57,330 nucleotides of DNA, taken from the NCBI GenBank assembly GCA_018398765.1, contig JAHBMJ010000098.1:1-57330 (forward strand), read 5' to 3'. Numbering within the stretch: the first letter of the stretch is position 1; every line of letters begins with the position of its first letter. The notes beneath the pieces were generated by a model, which searched no databases, was not told the origin of the DNA, and was given only the letters and a program-made list of their open reading frames with translations. Below are positions 1 through 10,500 of the stretch, one piece after another. Source of the DNA: Chromera velia (lineage: Eukaryota). A program made the translations under genes and the position numbers.

Positions 1-856
1 ACTCAGAGGCTTTTGCGATCAGATAGCCCCTCCCCAAATATTATGAAGTCCTGTAGGCAGCCTAAATAAGTGAAGACCAATACTACAACCCCACTACTCT
101 GCTCAATAAATGCAGAGACATGGTAGCCAAATTATAGAGCAACAATTTTGAATTAGTGAAACACCTCCGCACAGACCCTTTGCCATCTTCCAACACCCGT
201 GTGACAGGCGAGTTCTCTGCTAATTACATTGGGAGTACTGGAGCTCTACCCTTCTCTCACAAACGCAGAGGGGAGAAGGGAGGCAACAGAGGAAGAGGTG
301 GAGATAGAGGAGTGTATTAGAGTTAGGGGGGATCGTTCTCGATTGACGGAATGAAATGCCCTGACTGTGATCGTAGAGGGGGACATGATGAAGGGTATGA
401 CTACCCAGGTTAGCAAAACTACTGTATGATCTATGATGCTTTAGGGAAAGAAGGGTATCATTTTAAGCAGTGTTGTCCCCTGGAGAGAGAGAGAAAGAAC
501 GCCACGGGGAAAGCGAAGGGACGAGGTGAACCTCCCTCCATGCAAGGGGATGTGACTGGAGGATAAGGAGGCAATCAAGGCATGTCAGAGACTCTGCCAT
601 GATGACATCCTCTCCAGAGTCTCCGTTCCCCTATAGATGAAGGCAATGAGAATTGAGAGTGAGAAGAACCCAACTTTTCGAGTCGGCGAGGTGTTGGGGA
701 AAGCTGGGGAGGAAACCGGCTCAGGTGTATGACAGCTGATGAAGAAGAAATTGAGTGACACGGCAGAGGACCTAGTACATGAAGAGAAGAACATGCTCTG
801 AAATCAGAAGGAGAGAAAAAGAATAATGAGTGAAAGCGCTGAGCCTCATAAAATTA

Positions 857-888
<32 letters not shown>

Positions 889-1500
889 CATGTGGGTGGA
901 GGTGCTCACAAAACAAAGTCTTGGTGGAGAGGCCAGGTGCAAAAACTACCGGAGAGGGTGGCAGTACAACAAAGTCCTGGTGGAGATGCCAGGTGCAAAG
1001 ACCACTGGAGGGGGTTGCAGAACACGCGAAGAAAGGAAGTCCAGTGGAGGCGCTGACACAGAGAAACAGGAGGTGCGTGCGTGATTTATGCTTGCATCAA
1101 TCTGAGAATCATCCATCCGTTCGAGTTATTCAAACTCTTCACTGCTGGAAGAAGGGGGTGAGTGAAATTGATGTACAGTCATGCAGCAATTGCATGAGTG
1201 TGCCAGAATGGTCCGTGAAAGTGCCGCATGCATACCACACGATATATGAATTATTTGTATCGCTAAATCTAAGATTTAACCCTCAATCATCATCATCATC
1301 ATCATTTGCATGCTTTCAGTGGCAACAGAATTAATTCAAGCATCCATGTATGCATGTCAATTAATGACAATACATGCAAGAGATGTAAACTGATGGCTGT
1401 GCTGATTGAATACAGGGAATTGTATTTAATAGACAATGTATGGACGGACACTCACCTGGAGAAAAGGAGCTGTAAGAAGTGACGTGCACAAGTGAATGTA
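1..1500 (+). mobile_element. Degenerate gag(-protease)-like remnant, probably an LTR retrotransposon, interrupted by a LINE 3' end
   Basis: The frame from 351 reads MKCPDCDRRGGHDEGYDYPG*QNYCMIYDALGKEGYHFKQCCP: two decayed Cys/His knuckle-like motifs after an RGG-rich stretch. It has many TGA/TAG/TAA stops and a ~57-bp internal tandem repeat at ~895-1025. No RT or integrase is visible, so the family assignment is tentative. Confidence 0.45.
1081..1306 (+). mobile_element. 5'-truncated non-LTR retroposon (LINE/SINE 3' end) with (CAT)n tail
   Basis: Ends in cgctaaatctaagatttaaccctcaat(cat)n. Flanked by TGCGTGC (1074-1080) and TGCATGC (1307-1313), a 7-bp TSD with one G>A change. The same terminus recurs at ~18156-18190. 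Confidence 0.6.
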
Positions 1501-1639
1501 TGACTGGAGGCAGCCAGTAGATCATCTATTAATTTTACTGTTTAAGTAAAGTGTCTGTGTATTAATGAGTCCCGCCTGTGCACATCTAGCTCGCTACTAT
1601 GCTAACTGCTAATATGCAGACATCTTTAAGCTAAGTTTA

Positions 1640-2172
1640 AGTTATATAATAAAAATGATCATGACATAACAAAAATTATAACAAAAGTTATATACTATTA
1701 GACATAAAAGCATCATGACTAGCATCACAAAGAGGAAATTAGGAGGGGAGGAAAGAAGAAAGGAATATAAAGCAATATAGTAGATCAAATGAAGGAAGTA
1801 AGAGGAATTGGAGGACAGGGAAGGAGAAAGATGAAGGAAAAGATTGAAAGGGCATGCACAGAAAGCAGAGATGTTCTGGCGTTGTTTGTAATTGGATCGA
1901 TCTTTGGATTTAGCTCTAATAATCAGTTTCCAACCCAAAGTATTTAAAGTGTCAGAACAAAGACTGTTGGTCGTTGACGGTCTGGCTAGCGGTCTGGGGG
2001 AAGCCTCAGGCAGGCCGCGGGGTACGGTCTGAAGCCTCAGCGATTGCCTCAGCAATAGGGCACACCTTTATCACACCTTTGCCATTCGCAGAGGCGACTT
2101 CTGATAGAACGGCGACAGTTCTCTACCTGGGGCATCAATTAAAATTTAATCACTATCACTAATCACTATCAG
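1640..2172 (+). mobile_element. Decayed LINE 3' fragment with (ATCACT)n-like tail
   Basis: A purine-rich, ORF-like segment is followed by a GC-rich UTR-like part and the tail aatcactatcactaatcactatca. The layout matches the 3' end of the LINE at 42.0-42.4 kb. Confidence 0.4.
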
Positions 2173-2461
2173 TATTTATAACTCTAGTTATAACTAATAG
2201 TAACTCTAGAATCACATCTAGCTAATTAACATTGAATATTAATCAATTTAAATCTAATTTAAGAGTTACAAACTATATAAATCTTTACGTATATCTGCGT
2301 ATATCTACCTTCTTCACTCATTTCCACGTGTATAGGTCCAAGTGAATGTATGTCAGTCTGTGCCACTCTGTGCTACTTAGTGCCACTCTGTGGTGGAGGC
2401 TAGGACGGAGAACTTCCCGGGAGAAGGAGAGAATAAAGAATTTTAAAAAATGAGGAAAGAG

Positions 2462-2561
2462 AGAGTCAACTAGAAAGTCAAAAGAAAAGGGGAGAGAGAG
2501 AGAGAAAAGGGGAGAGAGGGAGAGGAAAGGGGAGAGAGGGAGAGAACAGGGGAGAGAGGGA

Positions 2562-2601
<40 letters not shown>

Positions 2602-2635
2602 GAGCGAGAGAGAGAGAGAGAGAAGAAAGAGAGAC
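2462..2635. repeat. GA-rich polypurine microsatellite
   Basis: (GA)n/GGGAGA runs seen directly. Confidence 0.85.
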
Positions 2636-3193
2636 AAACAAAGGTTGATCAAGTCCCAGCCTGAATGAAAGGGACACGTATAGTCAAAGAATCAGGTGCA
2701 CAAGCTAGCTGGGGCCTAACCAGGCCCCGAGGCAATAGCCCCTACAGGGGCCGTACTCCATCACACAAATAGAATAAGCACCGCTTACCTCAGACAGCTA
2801 TGATCGCCGTCAAGCGGTCAGCCGAAACAGAACAAAGAAGTCAATCAATCACAGTTCAACGACGCGAAGAATGTCTGAGAACGCCGGACGCAGTTTGCGG
2901 AAGAGCATACAAATGCATGATGAAGGAATGCAGGCGGGGTCACCGAGTGCAAGCCTTCCATCTGGGGGTGGGTGGGGAGGAAGGGAGCGAAGATTCGTTG
3001 TATCGGATCCACAGTTGCGGAAAAGGGGACTCGGTCCGACCTCGTGAACACCGGCACTGCTGATGCAATTAAATGCATTTTGCTTGCCCTCCTCCACACC
3101 CCTCCCCGTCCTTGTAGCTGCCTAGAAGCCTTCACGTCATCCGTCAACAGTGCACGCTTCTCCACTCATCAACTCCCTTCCATTTAAATTCCC

Positions 3194-3961
3194 TCAAGGC
3201 CCGTCTACCCCCTCTCTGAGGATCTTCTGGCGCTTCTCCCCTCTTCTGAGGGACTCGAAGGCCGCGTCGATCAACGCTCCACTCGCGGGACGGACGTCCA
3301 GCCCTGTGTAGACCCCTTTTTTCACCTTCTGTTTCGGAGCCGTCTGTATCCTTGTCTGGCTCTGTGCCTGGTTTCTCTTTTGAGTTTGTTGTTGGTTGTG
3401 CTGCTGCTGCTGCTGCTGCTGGGCGATTTTATGTGCCCGTCTTGCAGGGGCATTCAGCTGGAGGGGCTCCTTCAGTTTGTTCTTGTCAAGCTGGGACTTC
3501 ACCTTCAAAACAGACTTCAGCCAATTGTCCCCACACAGGGCAGCAACCATCAGACGGAAATTCTCTGGGTGCACCCGGTCTCCCACATAGGCGCTCTCCG
3601 TTTTTTTCTGATGAGTCTGAACTGGATTCTTTGAAGTATCTCCGTCTCCGTCTCCCTGCTTGGATGACGGAGCGGGGGTCTGTCCTTTAGGTGTCATTGC
3701 CGTCTCACAGACCTTTCGAATCATGGGATTGCAGGCATAAAGAGGGTCTGACAGATAGCGGTGCCATATGAAGGTCTCGGTGCGGGAAAAGCAGTGGGAG
3801 GCGAACCATCCACATTGAGTGAGACGGACTAAACTTTTAGCATCGAGGTAGTCAGAGAAGACCGCGCAGAGCTGCTCAGTGGAGATCAGCAAGGCCAAGA
3901 GGCCTTCGATCTTTTGCTCATCTTCCTCCTCATCTCTGTACTTTGGCTTTCTTTGCGCCAT
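3194..3961 (-). CDS. Single-exon 255-aa protein with an N-terminal F-box-like motif and polyQ tract
   Basis: ATG-to-TGA ORF with protein-like composition. LLISTEQLCAVFSDYLDAKSLVRLTQCGWF...IWHRY fits the F-box pattern (L..E.L..IFSYLD.KSL.RL). It is divergent from the golgin gene across a GC-rich spacer. Confidence 0.7.
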   Translation of the reverse strand: MAQRKPKYRDEEEDEQKIEGLLALLISTEQLCAVFSDYLDAKSLVRLTQCGWFASHCFSRTETFIWHRYLSDPLYACNPMIRKVCETAMTPKGQTPAPSSKQGDGDGDTSKNPVQTHQKKTESAYVGDRVHPENFRLMVAALCGDNWLKSVLKVKSQLDKNKLKEPLQLNAPARRAHKIAQQQQQQQHNQQQTQKRNQAQSQTRIQTAPKQKVKKGVYTGLDVRPASGALIDAAFESLRRGEKRQKILREGVDGP

Positions 3962-4139
3962 GATTCAGGTGAGAGAGACGAGGGGGCAGTGCGGAAGGTC
4001 TGTGATCAACAACGAAATCAGGCCAGATTTTTGTGAAAAGAACGTCAATCAAGCTGTGTCCAGAGAAGGCCAGACGCCGGCACAGAAACAAAACGTTGCT
4101 CAGTCAGTATATATATACATCTTGGCAGCCCGTCTACGT

Positions 4140-4310
4140 ATATATGTAATCGTATGTATGCGAGTAGGAAAGTGCTCTTTTGCCAGAATCATCATCCCCA
4201 ATGACATTCCATGCAGATTTTGCTGCATGCAGGTTCCTATCTGCCGCCGTGCCGCGGCCCGCGCGGGGTCCGACCGCCCGCGGCGGGCCGCGCGCGCATG
4301 ACCCTCCAAC
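4140..4310. promoter_or_regulatory. Putative bidirectional promoter (F-box-like gene / golgin)
   Basis: A CpG-dense GC block (4243-4300) with TGCATGCA and GCATG motifs lies in the ~620-bp gap between two head-to-head start codons. Confidence 0.45.
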
Positions 4311-4578
4311 CATCTCTCCAACCTTGGTCCATCGATGTGGATACAGAAGATTGCAGAAGGACTTGACTTTCAGGACGCGTTCAATGATCAAAAGGACTGG
4401 GCTCGAGAACGCTGTAGCCTGTAGTCTGAAGAAAGTTCAAAGTCCCTTCCTTTGATCGAGCAGCTTTGGCGGTCTGTGCGTTTTCTGGTCGCGCCTCACG
4501 GACTGCGAGATGGACGTTCGTTGGCGTTCACTGTTGTTTTGAGTAGTTCACTTTAATTCGGTCTGAAGTCGGCCGTTG

Positions 4579-7500
4579 ATGTCCGACGGCGCAGGTGAGA
4601 CAGCAGCAGCAGATGCTGCTGCTCAGCAGGAGAAGAACCTGCTTGCGCAGAGGGAAGCTCAAATGAAAGAATGTCAGTGAAAAGCCACGAGCCTTCAGTC
4701 TGCCTGTTCAATGTGTCGGCAGAGAGAGTGAGTTGTAGTCCCTTGTTTTCATGCATCTCTGTGTCGACTGACGTGCTACTCCCATTCATTTTGTCTTCTT
4801 ACTTCATCTCTGGCGTAGTGCCAGCAAACGGTGACCATCCAATGCATCTGCTGGAGCCAACCGGTTCTCTAAATGCCTTGCTGTCTCTTGTTTGCCAAAC
4901 CCTCATCCTATACCTGTTTCTGCGCGTCCGTGCCCTTTTTCATGCAGGGGGGCACGAGAAACTGGTCAATTTCGGTCTCTCTGCTCTGAAAAAACACAGA
5001 GAACTTGCGGCACAACTTGCAGGTCCGTATGGCCCGTAAGAACTGGACTCCCACCTTCCTTGCTTCCTTCTCTTTCTGCACAGCTCCGTCTGCACCGATC
5101 GTCTCTCTTGGGCATTGCCCTTGCTGTATCTCCTCGCTTCCGTCACCATGGTGGTCTTTGCACTCTTTTCCTCTTCTCCTGCATTCTGCGATGACATTCT
5201 CTTCCAGCTTACTCATCTACCAGATCTTCGTCTCTTCCATCCACCCTCCTCCCCTCCCCCTTTCTCCCCATATTGCTCAGCTTGAAGTCAGTTTCTGTCG
5301 CCTTGGCGTCGATGTCCATCACTTGCTTGTGGGTCTCTCTGCAGAATCGAAAAAGCAGGTCGCTGCTTTGGAAGCTTCCCTTTCAGCGGAGACTGAGGAG
5401 CGGCAGAGATTAGAGACACACCTGCAGAAAAGTGAGGCCAAACGCGTGTCCCTCAGTGAAAGTTTGGAAGAGACAGAAAACAAACTGCAAGCTACCGCTG
5501 CCAGCCTTCAAAATGCTGAGCAAGAGCGTGCGACATGGGAGTCCCACCTGCAGAAGAGTGAGGAAAAGAGGGCTGCAGCGCTCACTCGTATGGAAGGTCT
5601 CGAGGATTTCCTCCGGGCCGAGAAGGAGAGAGCAGAGAGGGCAGAGGGAGAAGCTGCCACATGGAAGGAGAAGGCAGGACAAGCAGAGGCATCCAAGACT
5701 GCCCTGGAGGTTGAAGTCCAAAAGCAAAAAGCCGACATTGAGTCGCAGACCTCAAAGCTTCTCGATCTTCAGAGAACCCTCCAAGAGAAAGACGCACAGA
5801 TTCTCTCCCAGACATCCAACGACAGTGAGTCACAGGCAGCCCTGACAAGTCTCCAAAAAGAGTTGGAGGCAGAACGGAATCTGAGAGCGTCGGCTTCTTC
5901 AGACTTCGAAAAAGAGCGCATCAGCCTCCAGTCCAAAATCGAGTCTCTCACAGCTGAGTTGTCTTCAGCCAAAGATGCCGTCCCCCCTCCCCCCCCAGAA
6001 AGTGCACCCAATCCTGAGTTGATCGTGCTGGAAGAAAGACTCGAGAAGAGTGAGACCAAGAGACAGCAGCTGAGAGCAGAGGTAGAGGATCTCCGAGAAC
6101 AGCTGTCTCAGTCTCAGAGAGAGCAAGAGCAGAGACAGGCAAACCAACTGCCCCTGCCTACCGCCCAGCTTCCTGAGGGCGGCAGGGCCTCTGACCCTAC
6201 TCTCACTGTCCGCTCTGCAAGTGCACTCCCTCTATTGCCCTCTGCAGGGGAGCTCGAGAGGGCAGGCAGTCTCCCCCCGCCTACACAACCAAAAGCGGGC
6301 GGCGCCTCTTCACTCCTCCCCCCCCGTCCCGTCCCTTCCCGTCTCACATCCGATTGCGGGGCTTCAGGAAAGTCTGTTGGGTCTTTGGATGATCATTTGG
6401 AAAGCATGACAGATCTTCTCGATGGAGGGGGGTCCAAGGGAAAGGACACGGAGAGAGAGAGGGAGCGGCAGAGGATGGCCTCTGAATTTTTCCGCGTCAA
6501 AGAGAAATACGAAACCATGAAGGCAGAAATGGCAGAGCTTCGGGTTCTCTTCTCGAGCGCTCGTCTACAGGCTGCCCAACTGAGGGGCTTCAAGGTCGGT
6601 TGGGGGGATGGGTTGCTTGATGGAAGCAGCATCGAGCTATGTCTTTGCGCTCTTGCCGTGTTTCGATTTTCTTTCTTCGGGTCACTCTTCCTCCTTCTGC
6701 GGTCTGTCACGTGAAATCGGCTCGTCTGTCTGTCTGTCTGACTGACTGCTGTCTGTGTGTCTGTGTGTGCACGTCTTCGGTTACAGACAAACACTCGCCT
6801 AGTCTCGCTCTTTTGGGTTCTGCCTTTCTCTCTTGTCCTTCTCTCGCCCAGTGTCTGTCCGTCCGTCTTTCTCTCTATAGATCGGGGGAAAAAACCCTGC
6901 ATGGGTTTGTGTCTTCCCTCCCTCTATTTGTCTTCTTGTCTGAAAACAGCACGAGGAACCATCACTCTCGGGAAGCCGCCAAAACAGTCAGCAACTAGGA
7001 GGGAGTGCAGCCTCAGCATCGGGGGACACGGAGAGCCGCGGGGGGTCCTCTCAACCCCCTCACGCAGCGTCAGGGGGGGGGTCATCACGCGGCCCTATCG
7101 ACAGGGAGCTCGGAAGTCTGGCAGCCCAACTGAGAGATCTGCAGGTTCGCACAGGGTGGAAAGAAAGACTTTACAGATAGAAGACAGATAGATCTCTTGC
7201 AGGATTTTCATAGGGAAAAGGCATGCATGTGCTAAGCGCGAGGATTGTTATTCCTTCGTTTCATCTTTGAAGAAAAAAAGGTGCATGTCGAGGTCTGAAT
7301 CCTCCCTCTTCGTGCATTCCTTTCTCACTTCCTTTCTTGCTTTCTTCGTCCGTGTCTCCGTTCCTATAAGATGGGAGGTAAAGCGAGATTTGTTGCTTGC
7401 TGCTTTACCATGCTGCTGGCCAGGTGGATCTTTTCTTCTTTGTCGTGTCTCTTCGCACACAGGTGCTCACGCAGTCGACTCTGTGGAGTTAAGAATGAAC

Positions 7501-10500
7501 TTCTGTTGCTTCTTGTTTCTTGTTTCTTCCTCACAGTCCTCGAAATGCGAGAAGAAGAAGAGAAGAGCGAACGGAAAAGTTTTCTGTGAAGAAGAGGTGT
7601 GCGTGCCTGCCTTCCTTCCTAAGCCCTTTCTTTGCACTTGTCAACTGTGCAGGCGGACTTGATCCACACTCACAACCGTGCGGTGTCTGCTGAGTGGCGT
7701 CTCTACCAGCTCGAGCAGGAGACGGCAGACTCCGAAAGTCGCATCCAGAGTCTCGACGAGTTGTGTGAGGACCTCACCAACGAGCTCGACCAATGGAAGA
7801 CCTCTCACAACCAGGCCCAGGCAGCCAACAGGGACTTGACAGAAGAGACCCGCACTCTCCGCGAGACCCTAGAGACCAGAGAGAGGGAGAGAGACGCTCT
7901 GGCTGCGCGTCTGGCCGCAGAGGAAAAGCAGCTCCATGCGATCAGAGAGTCAGTGCAAAAGAAGGAAGAAAGAAAGAAAGAAAAAGAGTCAAGTCATCAG
8001 AGATGATCGTCCAGCTTCGTATGCTATGCCATGTGAGAAAAATCGGGGCTCCATGACAAACGGAAAAGACACGCAATAACGACCTCCCTCTCATACCATC
8101 GCAGCTGGGAATACATGCAAGCAACGACGCTCCCTCTCGCAGTCTGATTGGATAGTCTCCTCTTGTTCCGGTTGCCTTTCCCGCCTTCGGAACGTGAGAC
8201 CCTTGCCACGCACACAAATTTGTTTTTTTTTTTTTCATCGTTCTTCCCTCCTGACTTCTCTACGTCTGTCTGTTGGTTGCCTACTTGCAGAGACCTGAAG
8301 AGCGCCGAGAGCCGTCTCCACGATGTGCTGCCTCAGTTGGCGTCCAGCCAGAGAGAGCTGAAGACCCTGCAGTGCTCGAGGGACCAGGCCGAGGCCCACC
8401 ACATGGAAGAGAGGGCCCAGGCAGAGCACACCCAGCACCAGAGAGAGGCACAACTGCAGGAGGCAAGGCAGAGGGAGACGGAGCTCAGAAAGTGAGTTGA
8501 GAGAGAAAGGAAGGGACTGCCATCGTGTTTCTTCACCTGTCCCCTCTGTCTGCGGGTATTTGCGTGCCCGAGTGTGTCTCCCCTCCACTGCTTTGATTGT
8601 TCATCTGACGTGGTTTTCTTTGTTCATCAGAGCGCGATTTAGTCCCATGGTTTCACACAGACTGTCATAGGTCTGAAAGGCCTGCCCAAAGTGAAAGAAA
8701 CAAAATGTTGTTTTTTCTTTCTCTGCCGCGTGATGGATGCAGCACTGTGGCCTCGATGACTCGAGAGATGGCGTCTCTTCGGCATGCAGTCGACGAAGCG
8801 TCGTGCGAGAGAGACGCCCTGCGGACTCATGTGCAGACGCTCTCAGAGGAACTGGGGAAGTTCAGGACAGATCTAGACACTCCCGTCTCCGCGTCCCAGT
8901 CGTTCACTCAAGGAGAGGGGGGCCCCGGCACGACTCTGCAAGGGTTGGGCTTGCAAGCAGGGGGAGGCGTTCCTGTCGGAATTTCTGCCCCCTCTGACAC
9001 TGCAAAGGGAAGTGGGGGGGAGAGGGAGAGAGAGAGAGGACAGCTGGAAGAGGCAGATTCGGGAGACGGCTGGGGAGTTGGGTTGGGGGATTTGGATTAT
9101 TTGGATGAGGACCAAGAGGACGGAGGGCCGACAGCAGAGGGAACGGCTGCCGTCCCCCCCTCATCCTCGACAGCTGTTGCCGCAGGTGCCGCTGACGGTT
9201 CCACGGGAGGGCGAGCGAAAGACCTGGCAGAGGAGGGCGACGCAGCTGCTCTTGCCCGTTCTGTAGAGGCACAGGCGGAGATTGCAAAACTGAGTGCAGA
9301 AAACGAGAGCCTGAGAATGCAGGTAGGTAAATGATTGGGGGGAGGGGGGACTAGGTGCCTTGGCTTTTTGGGGAATCTGACTTGATCCTTTCTCCCTCAG
9401 AATTCGCTGTCTCTCTTTCACTTTATCCTTTTGTGTCCGTTCATTAGCAAAATTAGTTTTCAGCGCAATCCTTTTACTCTTCGTCTAACCGTCTGTCTAT
9501 CTGCATGCCCACTCTTTCCTTCCCATTCTCTCTTTTCTTCCTTCGGACGTTCATTGCTGTCTCTGCCCATGTATGTGCAGGTTGCGAGCCTGAGGCAAGA
9601 TGAGTCCATCGTCCGAGAAAAATTGTCGGAGGCCCTCGAGAGGGCAGCAGAGACAGAGAAACGTCTCAAGGATGCAGAGGCAACCCGGAATGCAGAAGTG
9701 AGTGAGTGCGGGCGTGCGTTTGTGCACACAATCAGGACACGGAATCTGTGCATGGGTGAGACCGCAAGATGAAAAGGGGCACCAAGTATTGCTCGCCTGG
9801 CTTCCTTCTGATCTTTCCCAAAACAGATAAACGACCCGTTTCTGTCTGGGATTTCATGACGGTGTCTTTTCAGTGCCAGATATCCTGAGAAATAAGGGAG
9901 GGAATGCACGTGTTTTCCTCTGACCTTCGACCCCGTGCCTCTCTCGTTGTCTCAGTCTCTCCATCTCCTCACCGCAAACGCTCCGAGGCTCCAGCGCCTT
10001 TCTCGTAGCGTTTTTGTACTCGTGTTCTCCATTTTGCTTCCCCTGCCGCGTCTGCTCTCAGAAGTCTGAGTGGGAAACTTCTCAAGGAGGAGTGGCTGCT
10101 GAGTTGAGTGCCCTGAAGTCCCAATTGGAGGCTGCGAAGGAGACGGCGCAGAAAGAACAGGCCCGAAATGAAGAATTGCAGGAGGAGGTGCAGGCATCCC
10201 GGACGGAAATGGAACGTCTTGCAACCGCCGCAGAGAGTTCTCTGGTCTGTCTTTTCTGCCTGGCTTTTTCTTTCTATGTACATTCCTGTGAATCTGTGTC
10301 CGTCCTTCCGTCCAGATACCTCACTGAACAGGTCTCGCCTGCATACATGCCTCTCCGAAGATCAATCTGTCACCGAATTTTCTAGACCGCATGTCCTTCT
10401 GGCAGGCTTCTGCCTGTGTAGCGATTCATCGGGAGGGTAAGAGTGAATCGGTCAATGAAGGTATCTAACATTTAATCGAAAAAGCAGTCAAATACTGTCC

